NCBI GenBank assembly: GCA_964016885.1
Contig: OZ024743.1
Span: 134,602,001 to 134,666,000 of the forward strand
Direction of reading: 5' to 3'
Origin: Eledone cirrhosa
Lineage: Eukaryota
Length of the DNA: 64,000 nucleotides
Below, in pieces: positions 34,601-47,989 of the stretch. A program made the translations under genes and the position numbers. Under the pieces are notes generated by a model. That model was given only the letters and a program-made list of their open reading frames with translations, made no database searches and had not been told where the DNA came from. Each line of letters begins with the position of its first letter. Within the stretch, counting starts at the first letter, position 1.

Positions 34601-37600
34601 TTGGTGCTTGGTGCTTGGTGCTTGGTGCTTGGTGCTTGGTGTTTGGTGCTTGGTGGTTGGTGCTTGGTGTTTGGTGCTTGGTGCTTGGTGTTTGGTGTTT
34701 GGCGCTTGGTGCTTGGTGTTTGGTGCTTGGTGCTTGGTGTTTGGTGTTTGGTGCTTGGTGTTTGGTGCTTGGAGCTTGGTGCTTGGTTTTTGGTGCTTGG
34801 TGCTTGGTGCTTGGTGCTTGGTGTCTTGTGCTTGGTGCTTGGTGTTTGGTGTTTGGTGTTTGGTGTTTGGTGTTTGGTGCTTGGTGGTTGGTGCTTGGTG
34901 TTTGGTGCTTGGTGCTTGGTGATTGGTGTTTGGCGCTTGGTGCTTGGTGTTTGGTGCTTGGTGCTTGGTGTTTGGTGTTTGGTGCTTGGTGTTTGGTGCT
35001 TGGAGCTTGGTGCTTGGTTTTTGGTGCTTGGTGCTTGGTGCTTGGTGCTTGGTGTCTTGTGCTTGGTGCTTGGTGTTTGGTGTTTGGCGTTTGGTGTTTG
35101 GTGCTTGGTACTTGTTGTTTTGTGTTTGGTGTTTGGTGCTTGGTGGTTGGTGTTTGGTGCTTGGTGCTTGATGCTTGGTGCTTGGTGTTTGGTGTTTGGT
35201 GTTTGGTGCTTGGTGCTTGGTGTTTGTTGATTGGTGCTTGGTACTTGGTGTTTGGTGCTCGGTGCTTGGTGCTTGGTGTTTCGTGCTTGGTGCTTGGTGT
35301 TTGGTCTTTGGCGCTTGGTGCTTGGTGTTTGGTGCTTGGTGTTTGGTGCTTGGTTTTTGGAGTTTGGTGCTTGGTGCTTGGTGTTTGGTGTTTGGTGATT
35401 GGTGCTTGGTGTTTGGTGCTTGGGATTTGGTGCTTGGTGCTTGGTGTTTGGTGTTTGGAGTTTTGTACTTGGTGCTTGGTGTTTGGTGTTTGGTGCTTGG
35501 TGCTTGGTGTTTGGTGTTTAGTGCTTGGTGCTTGGTTCTTGGTGTTTGCTGCTCGGTGCTTGGTGCTTGGTGTTTGGTGCTTGGTCCTTGGTGCTTGGTG
35601 CTTGGTGTTTGGTGTTTGGTGCTTGGTGCTTGGTGTTTGGTGCTTGGGGCTTGGTGATTGGTGTTTGGTGCTTGGTGTTTGGTGCTTGGTGCTTGGTGCT
35701 AGGTGTTTGGTGTTTGGTGCTTGGCGCTTGGTGCTTGGTGTTTGGTGATTGGTGCTTGGTGTTTTTGTGTTTGGTGCTTGGTGCTTGGTGTTTGGTGTTT
35801 GGTGCTTGGCGCTTGGTGTTTGGTGTTTGGTGTCTGGCGTTTGCTGTTTGGCGTTTGGAGTTTGGCTTTTGCTGTTTGGCGTATGGGGTTTGGCGTTTGC
35901 TTTTTGGCGTTTGCTGTTTGGTGTTTGGTGCTTGGTGTTTGGTGTTTGGTGCTTGGTGCTTGGTGTTTGGTGTTTAGTGCTTGGTGCTTGGTTCTTGGTG
36001 TTTGGTGCTCGGTGCTTGGTGCTTGGTGTTTGGTGTTTGGTGCTTGGTGCTTGGTGTTTGGTGTTTAGTGCTTGGTGCTTGGTTCTTGGTGTTTGGTGTT
36101 CGGTGCTTGGCGTTTGCTGTTTGGCGTTTGGGGTTTGGCATTTGCTGTTTGGCGTATGGGGTTTGGCGTTTGCTTTTTGGCGTTTGCTGTTTGGTGTTTG
36201 GTGCTTGGTGTTTGGTGTTTGGTACTTGGTGCTTGGTGTTTGGTGTTTGGTGCTTGGTGCTTGGTGTTTGGTGTTTGGTGCTTGGCGCTTGGTGTTTGGC
36301 GTTTGGCGCTTGGCGTTTGCTGTTTGGCGTTTGGGGTTTGGCATTTAATGTTTGGCGTTTGGGGTTTGGCGTTTGCTTTTTGGCATTTGCTGTTTGGTGT
36401 TTGGTGTTTGGTGTTTGGTGTTTGGTGCTTGGTGCTTGGTGTTTGGTGTTTAGAGCTTGGTGCTTGGTTCTTGGTGTTTGGTGCTCGGTGCTTGGTGCTT
36501 GGTGTTTGGTGCTTGGTGCTTGGTTCTGGGTGCTTGGTGCTTGGTGTTTGGTGTTTGGTGCTTGGCGCTTGGTGTTTGGTGCTTGGGGCTTGGTGATTGG
36601 TGTTTGGTACTTGGTGTTTGGTGCTTGGTGCTTGGTGCTAGGTGTTTGGTGTTTGGTGCTTGGCGCTTGGTGCTTGGTGTTTGGTGATTGGTGCTTGGTG
36701 TTTGGTGTTTGCTGCTTGGTGCTTGGTGTTTGGTGTTTGGTGCTTGGCGCTTGGTGTTTGGTGTTTGGTGCTTGGCGTTTGCTGTTTGGCGTTTGGGGTT
36801 TGGCATTTGCTGTTTGGCGTATGGGGTTTGGCGTTTGCTTTTTGGCATTTGCTGTTTGGTGTTTGGTGTTTGGTGTTTGCTGTTTGGTGTTTGCTGTTTG
36901 GTGTTTGCTGTTTGGTGTTTGGTGTTTGGTGTTTGCTGGTTGGTATTTGGTGTTTGGTGTTTGCTGTTTGGTGTTTGCTGTTTGGTGCTTGGTGCAAGGT
37001 GTTTGGTGCATGGTGCTTGGTGTTTCGTGCTTGGTGTTTGGTGCTTGGTGCTTGGTGTTTGGTGCTTGGGGCTTGGTGCTTGGTGTTTGGTGTTTGGTGT
37101 TTGGTGCTTGGTGCTTGGTGTTTGGTGTTTGGTGCTTGGTGTTTGCTGTTTGGTGCTTGGTGCTTGGTGTTTGGTGCTTGGTGCTTGGTGCTTGGTGCTT
37201 GGTGCTTGGTGTTTGGTGCATGGTGCTTGGTGCTTGGTGCTTGGTGTTTCGTGCTTGGTGCTTGGTGTTTCGTGCTTGGGGCTTGGTGCTTGGTGTTTGG
37301 TGCTTGGTGTTTGGTGTTTGTTGCTTGGTGCTTGGTGTTTGGTGTTTGGTGCTTGGTGTTTGCTGTTTGGTGCTTGGTGCTTGGTGTTTGGTGCTTGGTG
37401 CTTGGTGCTTGGTGCTTGGTGCTTGGTGTTTGGTGCTTGGTGGTTGGTGCTTGGTGTTTGGTGCTTGGTGCTTGGTGTTTGGTGTTTGGCGCTTGGTGCT
37501 TGGTGTTTGGTGCTTGGTGCTTGGTGTTTGGTGTTTGGTGCTTGGTGTTTGGTGCTTGGAGTTTGGTGCTTGGTTTTTGGTGCTTGGTGCTTGGTGCTTG

Positions 37601-40600
37601 GTGCTTGGTGTCTTGTGCTTGGTGCTTGGTGTTTGGTGTTTGGTGTTTGGTGTTTGGTGTTTGGTGCTTGGTGGTTGGTGCTTGGTGTTTGGTGCTTGGT
37701 GCTTGGTGATTGGTGTTTGGCGCTTGGTGCTTGGTGTTTGGTGCTTGGTGCTTGGTGTTTGGTGTTTGGTGCTTGGTGTTTGGTGCTTGGAGCTTGGTGC
37801 TTGGTTTTTGGTGCTTGGTGCTTGGTGCTTGGTGCTTGGTGTCTTGTGCTTGGTGCTTGGTGTTTGGTGTTTGGCGTTTGGTGTTTGGTGCTTGGTACTT
37901 GTTGTTTTGTGTTTGGTGTTTGGTGCTTGGTGGTTGGTGTTTGGTGCTTGGTGCTTGATGCTTGGTGCTTGGTGTTTGGTGTTTGGTGTTTGGTGTTTGG
38001 TGCTTGGTGTTTGGTGATTGGTGCTTGGTACTTGGTGTTTGGTGCTCGGTGCTTGGTGCTTGGTGTTTCGTGCTTGGTGCTTGGTGTTTGGTCTTTGGCG
38101 CTTGGTGCTTGGTGTTTGGTGCTTGGTGTTTGGTGCTTGGTTTTTGGAGTTTGGTGCTTGGTGCTTGGTGTTTGGTGTTTGGTGATTGGTGCTTGGTGTT
38201 TGGTGCTTGGGATTTGGTGCTTGGTGCTTGGTGTTTGGTGTTTGGAGTTTTGTACTTGGTGCTTGGTGTTTGGTGTTTGGTGCTTGGTGCTTGGTGTTTG
38301 GTGTTTAGTGCTTGGTGCTTGGTTCTTGGTGTTTGCTGCTCGGTGCTTGGTGCTTGGTGTTTGGTGCTTGGTCCTTGGTGCTTGGTGCTTGGTGTTTGGT
38401 GTTTGGTGCTTGGTGCTTGGTGTTTGGTGCTTGGGGCTTGGTGATTGGTGTTTGGTGCTTGGTGTTTGGTGCTTGGTGCTTGGTGCTAGGTGTTCGGTGT
38501 TTGGTGCTTGGCGCTTGGTGCTTGGTGTTTGGTGATTGGTGCTTGGTGTTTGGTGTTTGGTGCTTGGTGCTTGGTGTTTGGTGTTTGGTGCTTGGCGCTT
38601 GGTGTTTGGTGTTTGGTGTCTGGCGTTTGCTGTTTGGCGTTTGGAGTTTGGCTTTTGCTGTTTGGCGTATGGGGTTTGGCGTTTGCTTTTTGGCGTTTGC
38701 TGTTTGGTGTTTGGTGCTTGGTGTTTGGTGTTTGGTGCTTGGTGCTTGGTGTTTGGTGTTTAGTGCTTGGTGCTTGGTTCTTGGTGTTTGGTGCTCGGTG
38801 CTTGGTGCTTGGTGTTTGGTGTTTGGTGCTTGGTGCTTGGTGTTTGGTGTTTAGTGCTTGGTGCTTGGTTCTTGGTGTTTGGTGTTCGGTGCTTGGCGTT
38901 TGCTGTTTGGCGTTTGGGGTTTGGCATTTGCTGTTTGGCGTATGGGGTTTGGCGTTTGCTTTTTGGCGTTTGCTGTTTGGTGTTTGGTGCTTGGTGTTTG
39001 GTGTTTGGTACTTGGTGCTTGGTGTTTGGTGTTTGGTGCTTGGTGCTTGGTGTTTGGTGTTTGGTGCTTGGCGCTTGGTGTTTGGCGTTTGGCGCTTGGC
39101 GTTTGCTGTTTGGCGTTTGGGGTTTGGCATTTAATATTTGGCGTTTGGGGTTTGGCGTTTGCTTTTTGGCATTTGCTATTTGGTGTTTGGTGTTTGGTGT
39201 TTGGTGTTTGGTGCTTGGTGCTTGGTGTTTGGTGTTTAGAGCTTGGTGCTTGGTTCTTGGTGTTTGGTGCTCGGTGCTTGGTGCTTGGTGTTTGGTGCTT
39301 GGTGCTTGGTTCTGGGTGCTTGGTGCTTGGTGTTTGGTGTTTGGTGCTTGGCGCTTGGTGTTTGGTGCTTGGGGCTTGGTGATTGGTGTTTGGTACTTGG
39401 TGTTTGGTGCTTGGTGCTTGGTGCTAGGTGTTTGGTGTTTGGTGCTTGGCGCTTGGTGCTTGGTGTTTGGTGATTGGTGCTTGGTGTTTGGTGTTTGCTG
39501 CTTGGTGCTTGGTGTTTGGTGTTTGGTGCTTGGCGCTTGGTGTTTGGTGTTTGGTGCTTGGCGTTTGCTGTTTGGCGTTTGGGGTTTGGCATTTGCTGTT
39601 TGGCGTATGGGGTTTGGCGTTTGCTTTTTGGCGTTTGCTGTTTGGTGTTTGGTGCTTGGAGCTTGGTGCTTGGTGTTTGGTGTTTGGTGCTTGGCACTTG
39701 GTGTTTGGCGTTTTGCGCTTGGCGTTTGCTGTTTGGCTTTTGGGGTTTGGCATTTGCTGTTTGGCGTTTGGGGTTTGGCGTTTGCTTTTTGGCATTTGCT
39801 GTTTGGTGTTTGGTGTTTGGTGTTTGGTGTTTGCTGTTTGGTGTTTGCTGTTTGGTGTTTGCTGTTTGGTGTTTGGTGTTTGGTGTTTGCTGGTTGGTAT
39901 TTGGTGTTTGGTGTTTGCTGTTTGGTGTTTGGTGTTTGGTGTTTGGTGTTTGGTGCTTGGTGGTTGGTGCTTGGTGTTTGGTGCTTGGTGCTTGGTGATT
40001 GGTGTTTGGCGCTTGGTGCTTGGTGTTTGGTGCTTGGTGCTTGGTGTTTGGTGTTTGGTGCTTGGTGTTTGGTGCTTGGAGCTTGGTGCTTGGTTTTTGG
40101 TGCTTGGTGCTTGGTGCTTGGTGCTTGGTGTCTTGTGCTTGGTGCTTGGTGTTTGGTGTTTGGCGTTTGGTGTTTGGTGCTTGGTACTTGTTGTTTTGTG
40201 TTTGGTGTTTGGTGCTTGGTGGTTGGTGTTTGGTGCTTGGTGCTTGATGCTTGGTGCTTGGTGTTTGGTGTTTGGTGTTTGGTGCTTGGTGCTTGGTGTT
40301 TGGTGATTGGTGCTTGGTACTTGGTGTTTGGTGCTCGGTGCTTGGTGCTTGGTGTTTCGTGCTTGGTGCTTGGTGTTTGGTCTTTGGCGCTTGGTGCTTG
40401 GTGTTTGGTGCTTGGTGTTTGGTGCTTGGTTTTTGGAGTTTGGTGCTTGGTGCTTGGTGTTTGGTGTTTGGTGATTGGTGCTTGGTGTTTGGTGCTTGGG
40501 ATTTGGTGCTTGGTGCTTGGTGTTTGGTGTTTGGAGTTTTGTACTTGGTGCTTGGTGTTTGGTGTTTGGTGCTTGGTGCTTGGTGTTTGGTGTTTAGTGC

Positions 40601-42400
40601 TTGGTGCTTGGTTCTTGGTGTTTGCTGCTCGGTGCTTGGTGCTTGGTGTTTGGTGCTTGGTCCTTGGTGCTTGGTGCTTGGTGTTTGGTGTTTGGTGCTT
40701 GGTGCTTGGTGTTTGGTGCTTGGGGCTTGGTGATTGGTGTTTGGTGCTTGGTGTTTGGTGCTTGGTGCTTGGTGCTAGGTGTTCGGTGTTTGGTGCTTGG
40801 CGCTTGGTGCTTGGTGTTTGGTGATTGGTGCTTGGTGTTTGGTGTTTGGTGCTTGGTGCTTGGTGTTTGGTGTTTGGTGCTTGGCGCTTGGTGTTTGGTG
40901 TTTGGTGTCTGGCGTTTGCTGTTTGGCGTTTGGAGTTTGGCTTTTGCTGTTTGGCGTATGGGGTTTGGCGTTTGCTTTTTGGCGTTTGCTGTTTGGTGTT
41001 TGGTGCTTGGTGTTTGGTGTTTGGTGCTTGGTGCTTGGTGTTTGGTGTTTAGTGCTTGGTGCTTGGTTCTTGGTGTTTGGTGCTCGGTGCTTGGTGCTTG
41101 GTGTTTGGTGTTTGGTGCTTGGTGCTTGGTGTTTGGTGTTTAGTGCTTGGTGCTTGGTTGTTGGTGTTCGGTGCTTGGCGTTTGCTGTTTGGCGTTTGGG
41201 GTTTGGCATTTGCTGTTTGGCGTATGGGGTTTGGCGTTTGCTTTTTGGCGTTTGCTGTTTGGTGTTTGGTGCTTGGTGTTTGGTGTTTGGTACTTGGTGC
41301 TTGGTGTTTGGTGTTTGGTGCTTGGTGCTTGGTGTTTGGTGTTTGGTGCTTGGCGCTTGGTGTTTGGCGTCTGGCGCTTGGCGTTTGCTGTTTGGCGTTT
41401 GGGGTTTGGCATTTAATATTTGGCGTTTGGGGTTTGGCGTTTGCTTTTTGGCATTTGCTATTTGGTGTTTGGTGTTTGGTGTTTGGTGTTTGGTGCTTGG
41501 TGCTTGGTGTTTGGTGTTTAGATCTTGGTGCTTGGTTCTTGGTGTTTGGTGCTCGGTGCTTGGTGCTTGGTGTTTGGTGCTTGGTGCTTGGTTCTGGGTG
41601 CTTGGTGCTTGGTGTTTGGTGTTTGGTGCTTGGCGCTTGGTGTTTGGTGCTTGGGGCTTGGTGATTGGTGTTTGGTACTTGGTGTTTGGTGCTTGGTGCT
41701 TGGTGCTAGGTGTTTGGTGTTTGGTGCTTGGCGCTTGGTGCTTGGTGTTTGGTGATTGGTGCTTGGTGTTTGGTGTTTGCTGCTTGGTGCTTGGTGTTTG
41801 GTGTTTGGTGCTTGGCGCTTGGTGTTTGGTGTTTGGTGCTTGGCGTTTGCTGTTTGGCGTTTGGGGTTTGGCATTTGCTGTTTGGCGTATGGGGTTTGGC
41901 GTTTGCTTTTTGGCGTTTGCTGTTTGGTGTTTGGTGCTTGGAGCTTGGTGCTTGGTGTTTGGTGTTTGGTGCTTGGCACTTGGTGTTTGGCGTTTTGCGC
42001 TTGGCGTTTGCTGTTTGGCGTTTGGGGTTTGGCATTTGCTGTTTGGCGTTTGGGGTTTGGCGTTTGCTTTTTGGCATTTGCTGTTTGGTGTTTGGTGTTT
42101 GGTGTTTGCTGTTTGGTGTTTGCTGTTTGGTGTTTGCTGTTTGGTGTTTGCTGTTTGGTGTTTGCTGGTTGGTATTTGGTGTTTGGTGTTTGCTGTTTGG
42201 TGTTTGCTGTTTGGTGCTTGGTGCAAGGTGTTTGGTGCATGGTGCTTGGTGCTTCGTGCTTGGTGTTTGGTGCTTGGTGCTTGGTGTTTGGTGCTTGGGG
42301 CTTGGTGCTTGGTGTTTGGTGTTTGGTGTTTGGTGCTTGGTGCTTGGTGTTTGGTGTTTGGTGCTTGGTGTTTGCTGTTTGGTGCTTGGTGCTTGGTGTT
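31700..42400 (+). repeat. Sub-lineage HOR-A': four tandem copies with periods 2,948, 2,786 and ~2,282-2,289 bp
   Basis: Identical 76-aa pseudo-ORFs at 33509/36457/39243/41525. Private variants include GGTGTCT before the cassette, GCTGGTT GGTATTT and GGCTTTT, plus a 231-bp internal duplication (GGTGGTT at 31712/31943, 34652/34883, 37439/37670). Boundaries are approximate. Confidence 0.85.
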
Positions 42401-45200
42401 TGGTGCTTGGTGCTTGGTGTTTGGTGCTTGGTGCTTGGTGTTTGGTGCTTGGTGCTTGGTGCTTGGTGCTTGGTGCTTGGTGTTTGGTGTTTGGTGTTTA
42501 GTGCTTGGTGCTTGGTGTTTGGTGTTTGGTGCTTGGTGCTTGGTGTCTGGTGCTTGGCGCTTGGTGCTTGGTGTTTGGTGATTGGTGCTTGGTGTTTGGT
42601 GTTTGGTGCTTGGTGCTTGGTGTTTGGTGTTTGGTGCTTGGCGCTTGGTGTTTGGTGTTTGGTGCTTGGCGTTTGCTGTTTGGCGTTTGGGGTTTGGCAT
42701 TTGCTGTTTGGCGTATGGGGTTTGGCGTTTGCTTTTTGGCGTTTGCTGTTTGGTGTATGGTGTTTGGTGCTTGGTGCTTGGTGCTTGGTGCTTGGTGTTT
42801 GGTGTTTGGTGCTTGGTGCTTGGTGTTTGGTGTTTGGTGCTTGGTGTTTGGTGCTTGGTGTTTGGTGCTTGGGGCTTGGTGATTGGTGTTTGGTGCTTGG
42901 TGCTTGGTGCTTGGTGCTTGGTGCTTGGTGTTCGGTGCTTGGTGCTTGGTGCTAGGTGTTTGGTGTTTGGTGTTTGGCGCTTGGTGCTTGGTGTTTGGTG
43001 ATTGGTGCTTGGTGTTTGGTGTTTGGTGCTTGGTGCTTGGTGCTTGGTGTTTGGTGTTTGGTGCTTGGAGCTTGGTGTTTGGTGTTTGGTGCTTGGTGCT
43101 TTGTTCTGGGTGCTTGGTGCTTGGTGTTTGGTGTTTGGTGCTGGGTGCTTGGTGTTTGGTGCTTGGGGCTTGGTGATTGGTGTTTGGTGCTTGGTGCTTG
43201 GTGCTTGGTGCTTGGTGTTTGGTGCTTGGTGTTTGGTGCTTGGTGCTTGGTGATAGGTGTTTGGTGTTTGGTGTTTGGCGCTTGGTGTTTGGTGTTTGGT
43301 GATTGGTGCTTGGTGTTTGGTGTTTGGTGCTTGGTGCTTGGTGTTTGGTGTTTGGTGCTTGGCGCTTGGTGTTTGGTGTTTGGTGCTTGGCGTTTGCCGT
43401 TTGGCATTTGGGGTTTGGCATTTGCTGTTTGGCGTATGGGGTTTGGCGTTTGCTTTTTTGCGTTTGCTGTTTGGTGTTTGGTGCTTGGTGTTTGGTGTTT
43501 GGTACTTGGTGCTTGGTGTTTGGTGTTTGGTGCTTGGTGCTTGGTGTTTGGTGTTTGGTGCTTGGCGCTTGGTGTTTGGTGTTTTGTGCTTGGCGTTTGC
43601 TGTTTGGCGTTTGGGTTTGGCATTTGCTGTTTGGCGTTTGGAGTTTGGTGTTTGCTTTTTGGCGTTTGCTGTTTGGTGTTTGCTGTTTGGTGTTTGCTGT
43701 TTGGTGTTTGCTGTTTGGTGTTTGCTGTTTGGTGTTTGCTGTTTGGTGCTTGGTGCTTGGTGTTTGGTGCATGGTGCTTGGTGCTTGGTGCTTGGTGTTT
43801 CGTGCTTGGTGCTTGGTGTTTCGTGCTTGGGGCTTGGTGCTTGGTGTTTGGTGCTTGGTGTTTGGTGTTTGTTGCTTGGTGCTTGGTGTTTGGTGTTTGG
43901 TGCTTGGTGTTTGCTGTTTGGTGCTTGGTGCTTGGTGTTTGGTGCTTGGTGCTTGGTGCTTGGTGCTTGGTGCTTGGTGTTTGGTGCTTGGTGGTTGGTG
44001 CTTGGTGTTTGGTGCTTGGTGCTTGGTGTTTGGTGTTTGGCGCTTGGTGCTTGGTGTTTGGTGCTTGGTGCTTGGTGTTTGGTGTTTGGTGCTTGGTGTT
44101 TGGTGCTTGGAGCTTGGTGCTTGGTTTTTGGTGCTTGGTGCTTGGTGCTTGGTGCTTGGTGTCTTGTGCTTGGTGCTTGGTGTTTGGTGTTTGGTGTTTG
44201 ATGTTTGGTGCTTGGTACTTGTTGTTTTGTGTTTGGTGTTTGGTGCTTGGTGGTTGGTGTTTGGTGCTTGGTGCTTGATGCTTGGTGCTTGGTGCTTGGT
44301 GTTTGGTGTTTGGTGCTTGGTGCTTGGTGTTTGGTGATTGGTGCTTGGTACTTGGTGTTTGGTGCTCGGTGCTTGGTGCTTGGTGTTTCGTGCTTGGTGC
44401 TTGGTGTTTGGTCTTTGGCGCTTGGTGCTTGGTGTTTGGTGCTTGGTACTTGGTGTTTGGTGTTTGGCGTTTGGTGTTTGGTGCTTGGTGCTTGGTGCTT
44501 GGTTTTTGGAGTTTGGTGCTTGGTGCTTGGTGTTTGGTGTTTGGTGATTGGTGCTTGGTGTTTGGTGCTTGGGATTTGGTGCTTGGTGCTTGGTGTTTGG
44601 TGTTTGGAGTTTTGTACTTGGTGCTTGGTGTTTGGTGTTTGGTGCTTGGTGCTTGGTGTTTGGTGTTTAGTGCTTGGTGCTTGGTTCTTGGTGTTTGGTG
44701 CTCGGTGCTTGGTGCTTGGTGTTTGGTGCTTGGTCCTTGGTGCTTGGTGCTTGGTGTTTGGTGTTTGGTGCTTGGTGCTTGGTGTTTGGTGCTTGGGGCT
44801 TGGTGATTGGTGTTTGGTGCTTGGTGTTTGGTGCTTGGTGCTTGGTGCTAGGTATTTGGTGTTTGGTGCTTGGCGCTTGGTGCTTGGTGTTTGGTGATTG
44901 GTGCTTGGTGTTTGGTGTTTGGTGCTTGGTGCTTGGTGTTTGGTGTTTGGTGCTTGGCGCTTGGTGTTTGGTGTTTGGTGCCTGGCGTTTGCTGTTTGGC
45001 GTTTGGAGTTTGGCATTTGCTGTTTGGCATATGGGGTTTGGCGTTTGCTTTTTGGCGTTTGCTGTTTGGTGTTTGGTGCTTGGTGTTTGGTGTTTGGTGC
45101 TTGGTGCTTGGTGTTTGGTGTTTAGTGCTTGGTGCTTGGTTCTTGGTGTTTGGTGCTCGGTGCTTGGTGCTTGGTGTTTGGTGCTTGGTGCTTGGTTCTG
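42400..45200 (+). repeat. Long-range copy of ~24.9-27.7 kb (offset 17,529 bp)
   Basis: Pseudo-ORF pairs 24969/42498, 25423/42952, 26753/44282, 27145/44674 and 27369/44898 all differ by 17,529. Confidence 0.8.
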
Positions 45201-47989
45201 GGTGCTTGGTGCTTGAGGTTTGGTGTTTCGTGCTTGGTTGGTGCTTGGTGTTTGGTGCTTGGGGCTTGGTGATTGGTGTTTGGTACTTGGTGTTTGGTGC
45301 TTGGTGCTTGGTGCTAGGTGTTTGGTGTTTGGTGCTTGGCGCTTGGTGCTTGGTGTTTGGTGATTGGTGCTTGGTGTTTGGTGTTTGGTGCTTGGTGCTT
45401 GGTGTTTGGTGTTTGGTGCTTGGCGCTTGGTGTTTGGTATTCGGTGCTTGGCGTTTGCTGTTTGGCGTTTGGGGTTTGGCATTTGCTGTTTGGCGTATGG
45501 GGTTTGGCGTTTGCTTTTTGGCGTTTGCTGTTTGGTGTTTGGTGTTTGGTGTTTGCTGTTTGGTGTTTGCTGTTTGGTGTTTGCTGTTTGGTGTTTGGTG
45601 TTTGGTGTTTGCTGGTTGGTGTTTGGTGTTTGGTGTTTGCTGTTTGGTGTTTGCTGTTTGGTGCTTGGTGCTTGGTGTTTGGTGCATGGTGCTTGGTGCT
45701 TCGTGCTTGGTGTTTGGTGCTTGGTGCTTGGTGTTTGGTGCTTGGGGCTTGGTGCTTGGTGTTTGGTGTTTGGTGTTTGGTGCTTGGTGCTTGGTGTTTT
45801 GTGTTTGGTGCTTGGTGTTTGCTGTTTGGTGCTTGGTGCTTGGTGTTTGGTGCTTGGTGCTTGGTGCTTGGTGCTTGGTGCTTGGTGTTTGGTGCTTGGT
45901 GCTTGGTGCTTGGTGCTTGGTGCTTGGTGTTTGGTGTTTAGTGCTTGGTGCTTGGTGTTTGGTGTTTGGTGCTTGGTGCTTGGTGTCTGGTGCTTGGCGC
46001 TTGGTGCTTGGTGTTTGGTGATTGGTGCTTGGTGTTTGGTGTTTGGTGCTTGGTGCTTGGTGTTTGGTGTTTGGTGCTTGGCGCTTGGTGTTTGGTGTTT
46101 GGTGCTTGGCGTTTGATGTTTGGCGTTTGGGGTTTGGCATTTTCTGTTTGGCGTATGGGGTTTGGCGTTTGCTTTTTGGCGTTTGCTGTTTGGTGTATGG
46201 TGTTTGGTGCTTGGTGCTTGGTGCTTGGTGCTTGGTGTTTGGTGTTTGGTGCTTGGTGCTTGGTGTTTGGTGTTTGGTGCTTGGTGCTTGGTGTTTGGTG
46301 CTTGGGGCTTGGTGATTGGTGTTTGGTGCTTGGTGCTTGGTGCTTGGTGTTTGGTGCTTGGTGTTCGGTGCTTGGTGCTTGGTGCTAGGTGTTTGGTGTT
46401 TGGTGTTTGGCGCTTGGTGCTTGGTGTTTGGTGATTGGTGCTTGGTGTTTGGTGTTTGGTGCTTGGTGCTTGGTGCTTGGTGTTTGGTGTTTGGTGCTTG
46501 GAGCTTGGTGTTTGGTGTTTGGTGCTTGGTGCTTAGTTCTGGGTGCTTGGTGCTTGGTGTTTGGTGTTTGGTGCTGGGTGCTTGGTGTTTGGTGTTTGGT
46601 GCTGGGTGCTTGGTGTTTGGTGCTTGGGGCTTGGTGATTGGTGTTTGGTGCTTGGTGCTTGGTGCTTGGTGCTTGGTGTTTGGTGCTTGGTGTTTGGTGC
46701 TTGGTGCTTGGTGATAAGTGTTTGGTGTTTGGTGTTTGGCGCTTGGTGTTTGGTGTTTGGTGATTGGTGCTTGGTGTTTGGTGTTTGGTGCTTGGTGCTT
46801 GGTGTTTGGTGTTTGGTGCTTGGTGCTTGGTGTTTGGTGTTTGGTGCTTGGCGCTTGGTGTTTGGTGTTCGGTGCTTGGCGTTTGCTGTTTGGCGTTTGG
46901 GGTTTGGCATTTGCTGTTTGGCGTATGGGGTTTGGCGTTTGCTTTTTGGCGTTTGCTGTTTGGTGTTTGGTGTTTGGTGTTTGCTGTTTGGTGTTTGCTG
47001 TTTGGTGTTTGCTGTTTGGTGTTTGGTGTTTGGTGTTTGCTGGTTGGTGTTTGGTGTTTGGTGTTTGCTGTTTGGTGTTTGCTGTTTGGTGCTTGGTGCT
47101 TGGTGTTTGGTGCATGGTGCTTGGTGCTTCGTGCTTGGTGTTTGGTGCTTGGTGCTTGGTGTTTGGTGCTTGGGGCTTGGTGCTTGGTGTTTGGTGTTTG
47201 GTGTTTGGTGCTTGGTGCTTGGTGTTTGGTGTTTGGTGCTTGGTGTTTGCTGTTTGGTGCTTGGTGCTTGGTGTTTGGTGCTTGGTGCTTGGTGCTTGGT
47301 GCTTGGTGTTTGGTGCTTGGTGCTTGGTGCTTGGTGCTTGGTGCTTGGTGTTTGGTGTTTAGTGCTTGGTGCTTGGTGTTTGGTGTTTGGTGCTTGGTGC
47401 TTGGTGTCTGGTGCTTGGCGCTTGGTGCTTGGTGTTTGGTGATTGGTGATTGGTGTTTGGTGTTTGGTGCTTGGTGCTTGGTGTTTGGTGTTTGGTGCTT
47501 GGCGCTTGGTGTTTGGTGTTTTGTGCTTGGCGTTTGCTGTTTGGCGTTTGGGTTTGGCATTTGCTGTTTGGCGTTTGGAGTTTGGCGTTTGCTTTTTGGC
47601 GTTTGCTGTTTGGTGTTTGCTGTTTGGTGTTTGCTGTTTGGTGTTTGCTGTTTGGTGTTTGCTGTTTGGTGTTTGCTGTTTGGTGCTTGGTGCTTGGTGT
47701 TTGGTGCATGGTGCTTGGTGCTTGGTGCTTGGTGTTTCGTGCTTGGTGCTTGGTGTTTCGTGCTTGGGGCTTGGTGCTTGGTGTTTGGTGCTTGGTGTTT
47801 GGTGTTTGTTGCTTGGTGCTTGGTGTTTGGTGTTTGGTGCTTGGTGTTTGCTGTTTGGTGCTTGGTGCTTGGTGTTTGGTGCTTGGTGCTTGGTGCTTGG
47901 TGCTTGGTGCTTGGTGTTTGGTGCTTGGTGGTTGGTGCTTGGTGTTTGGTGTTTGGTGCTTGGTGTTTGGTGTTTGGCGCTTGGTGCTT

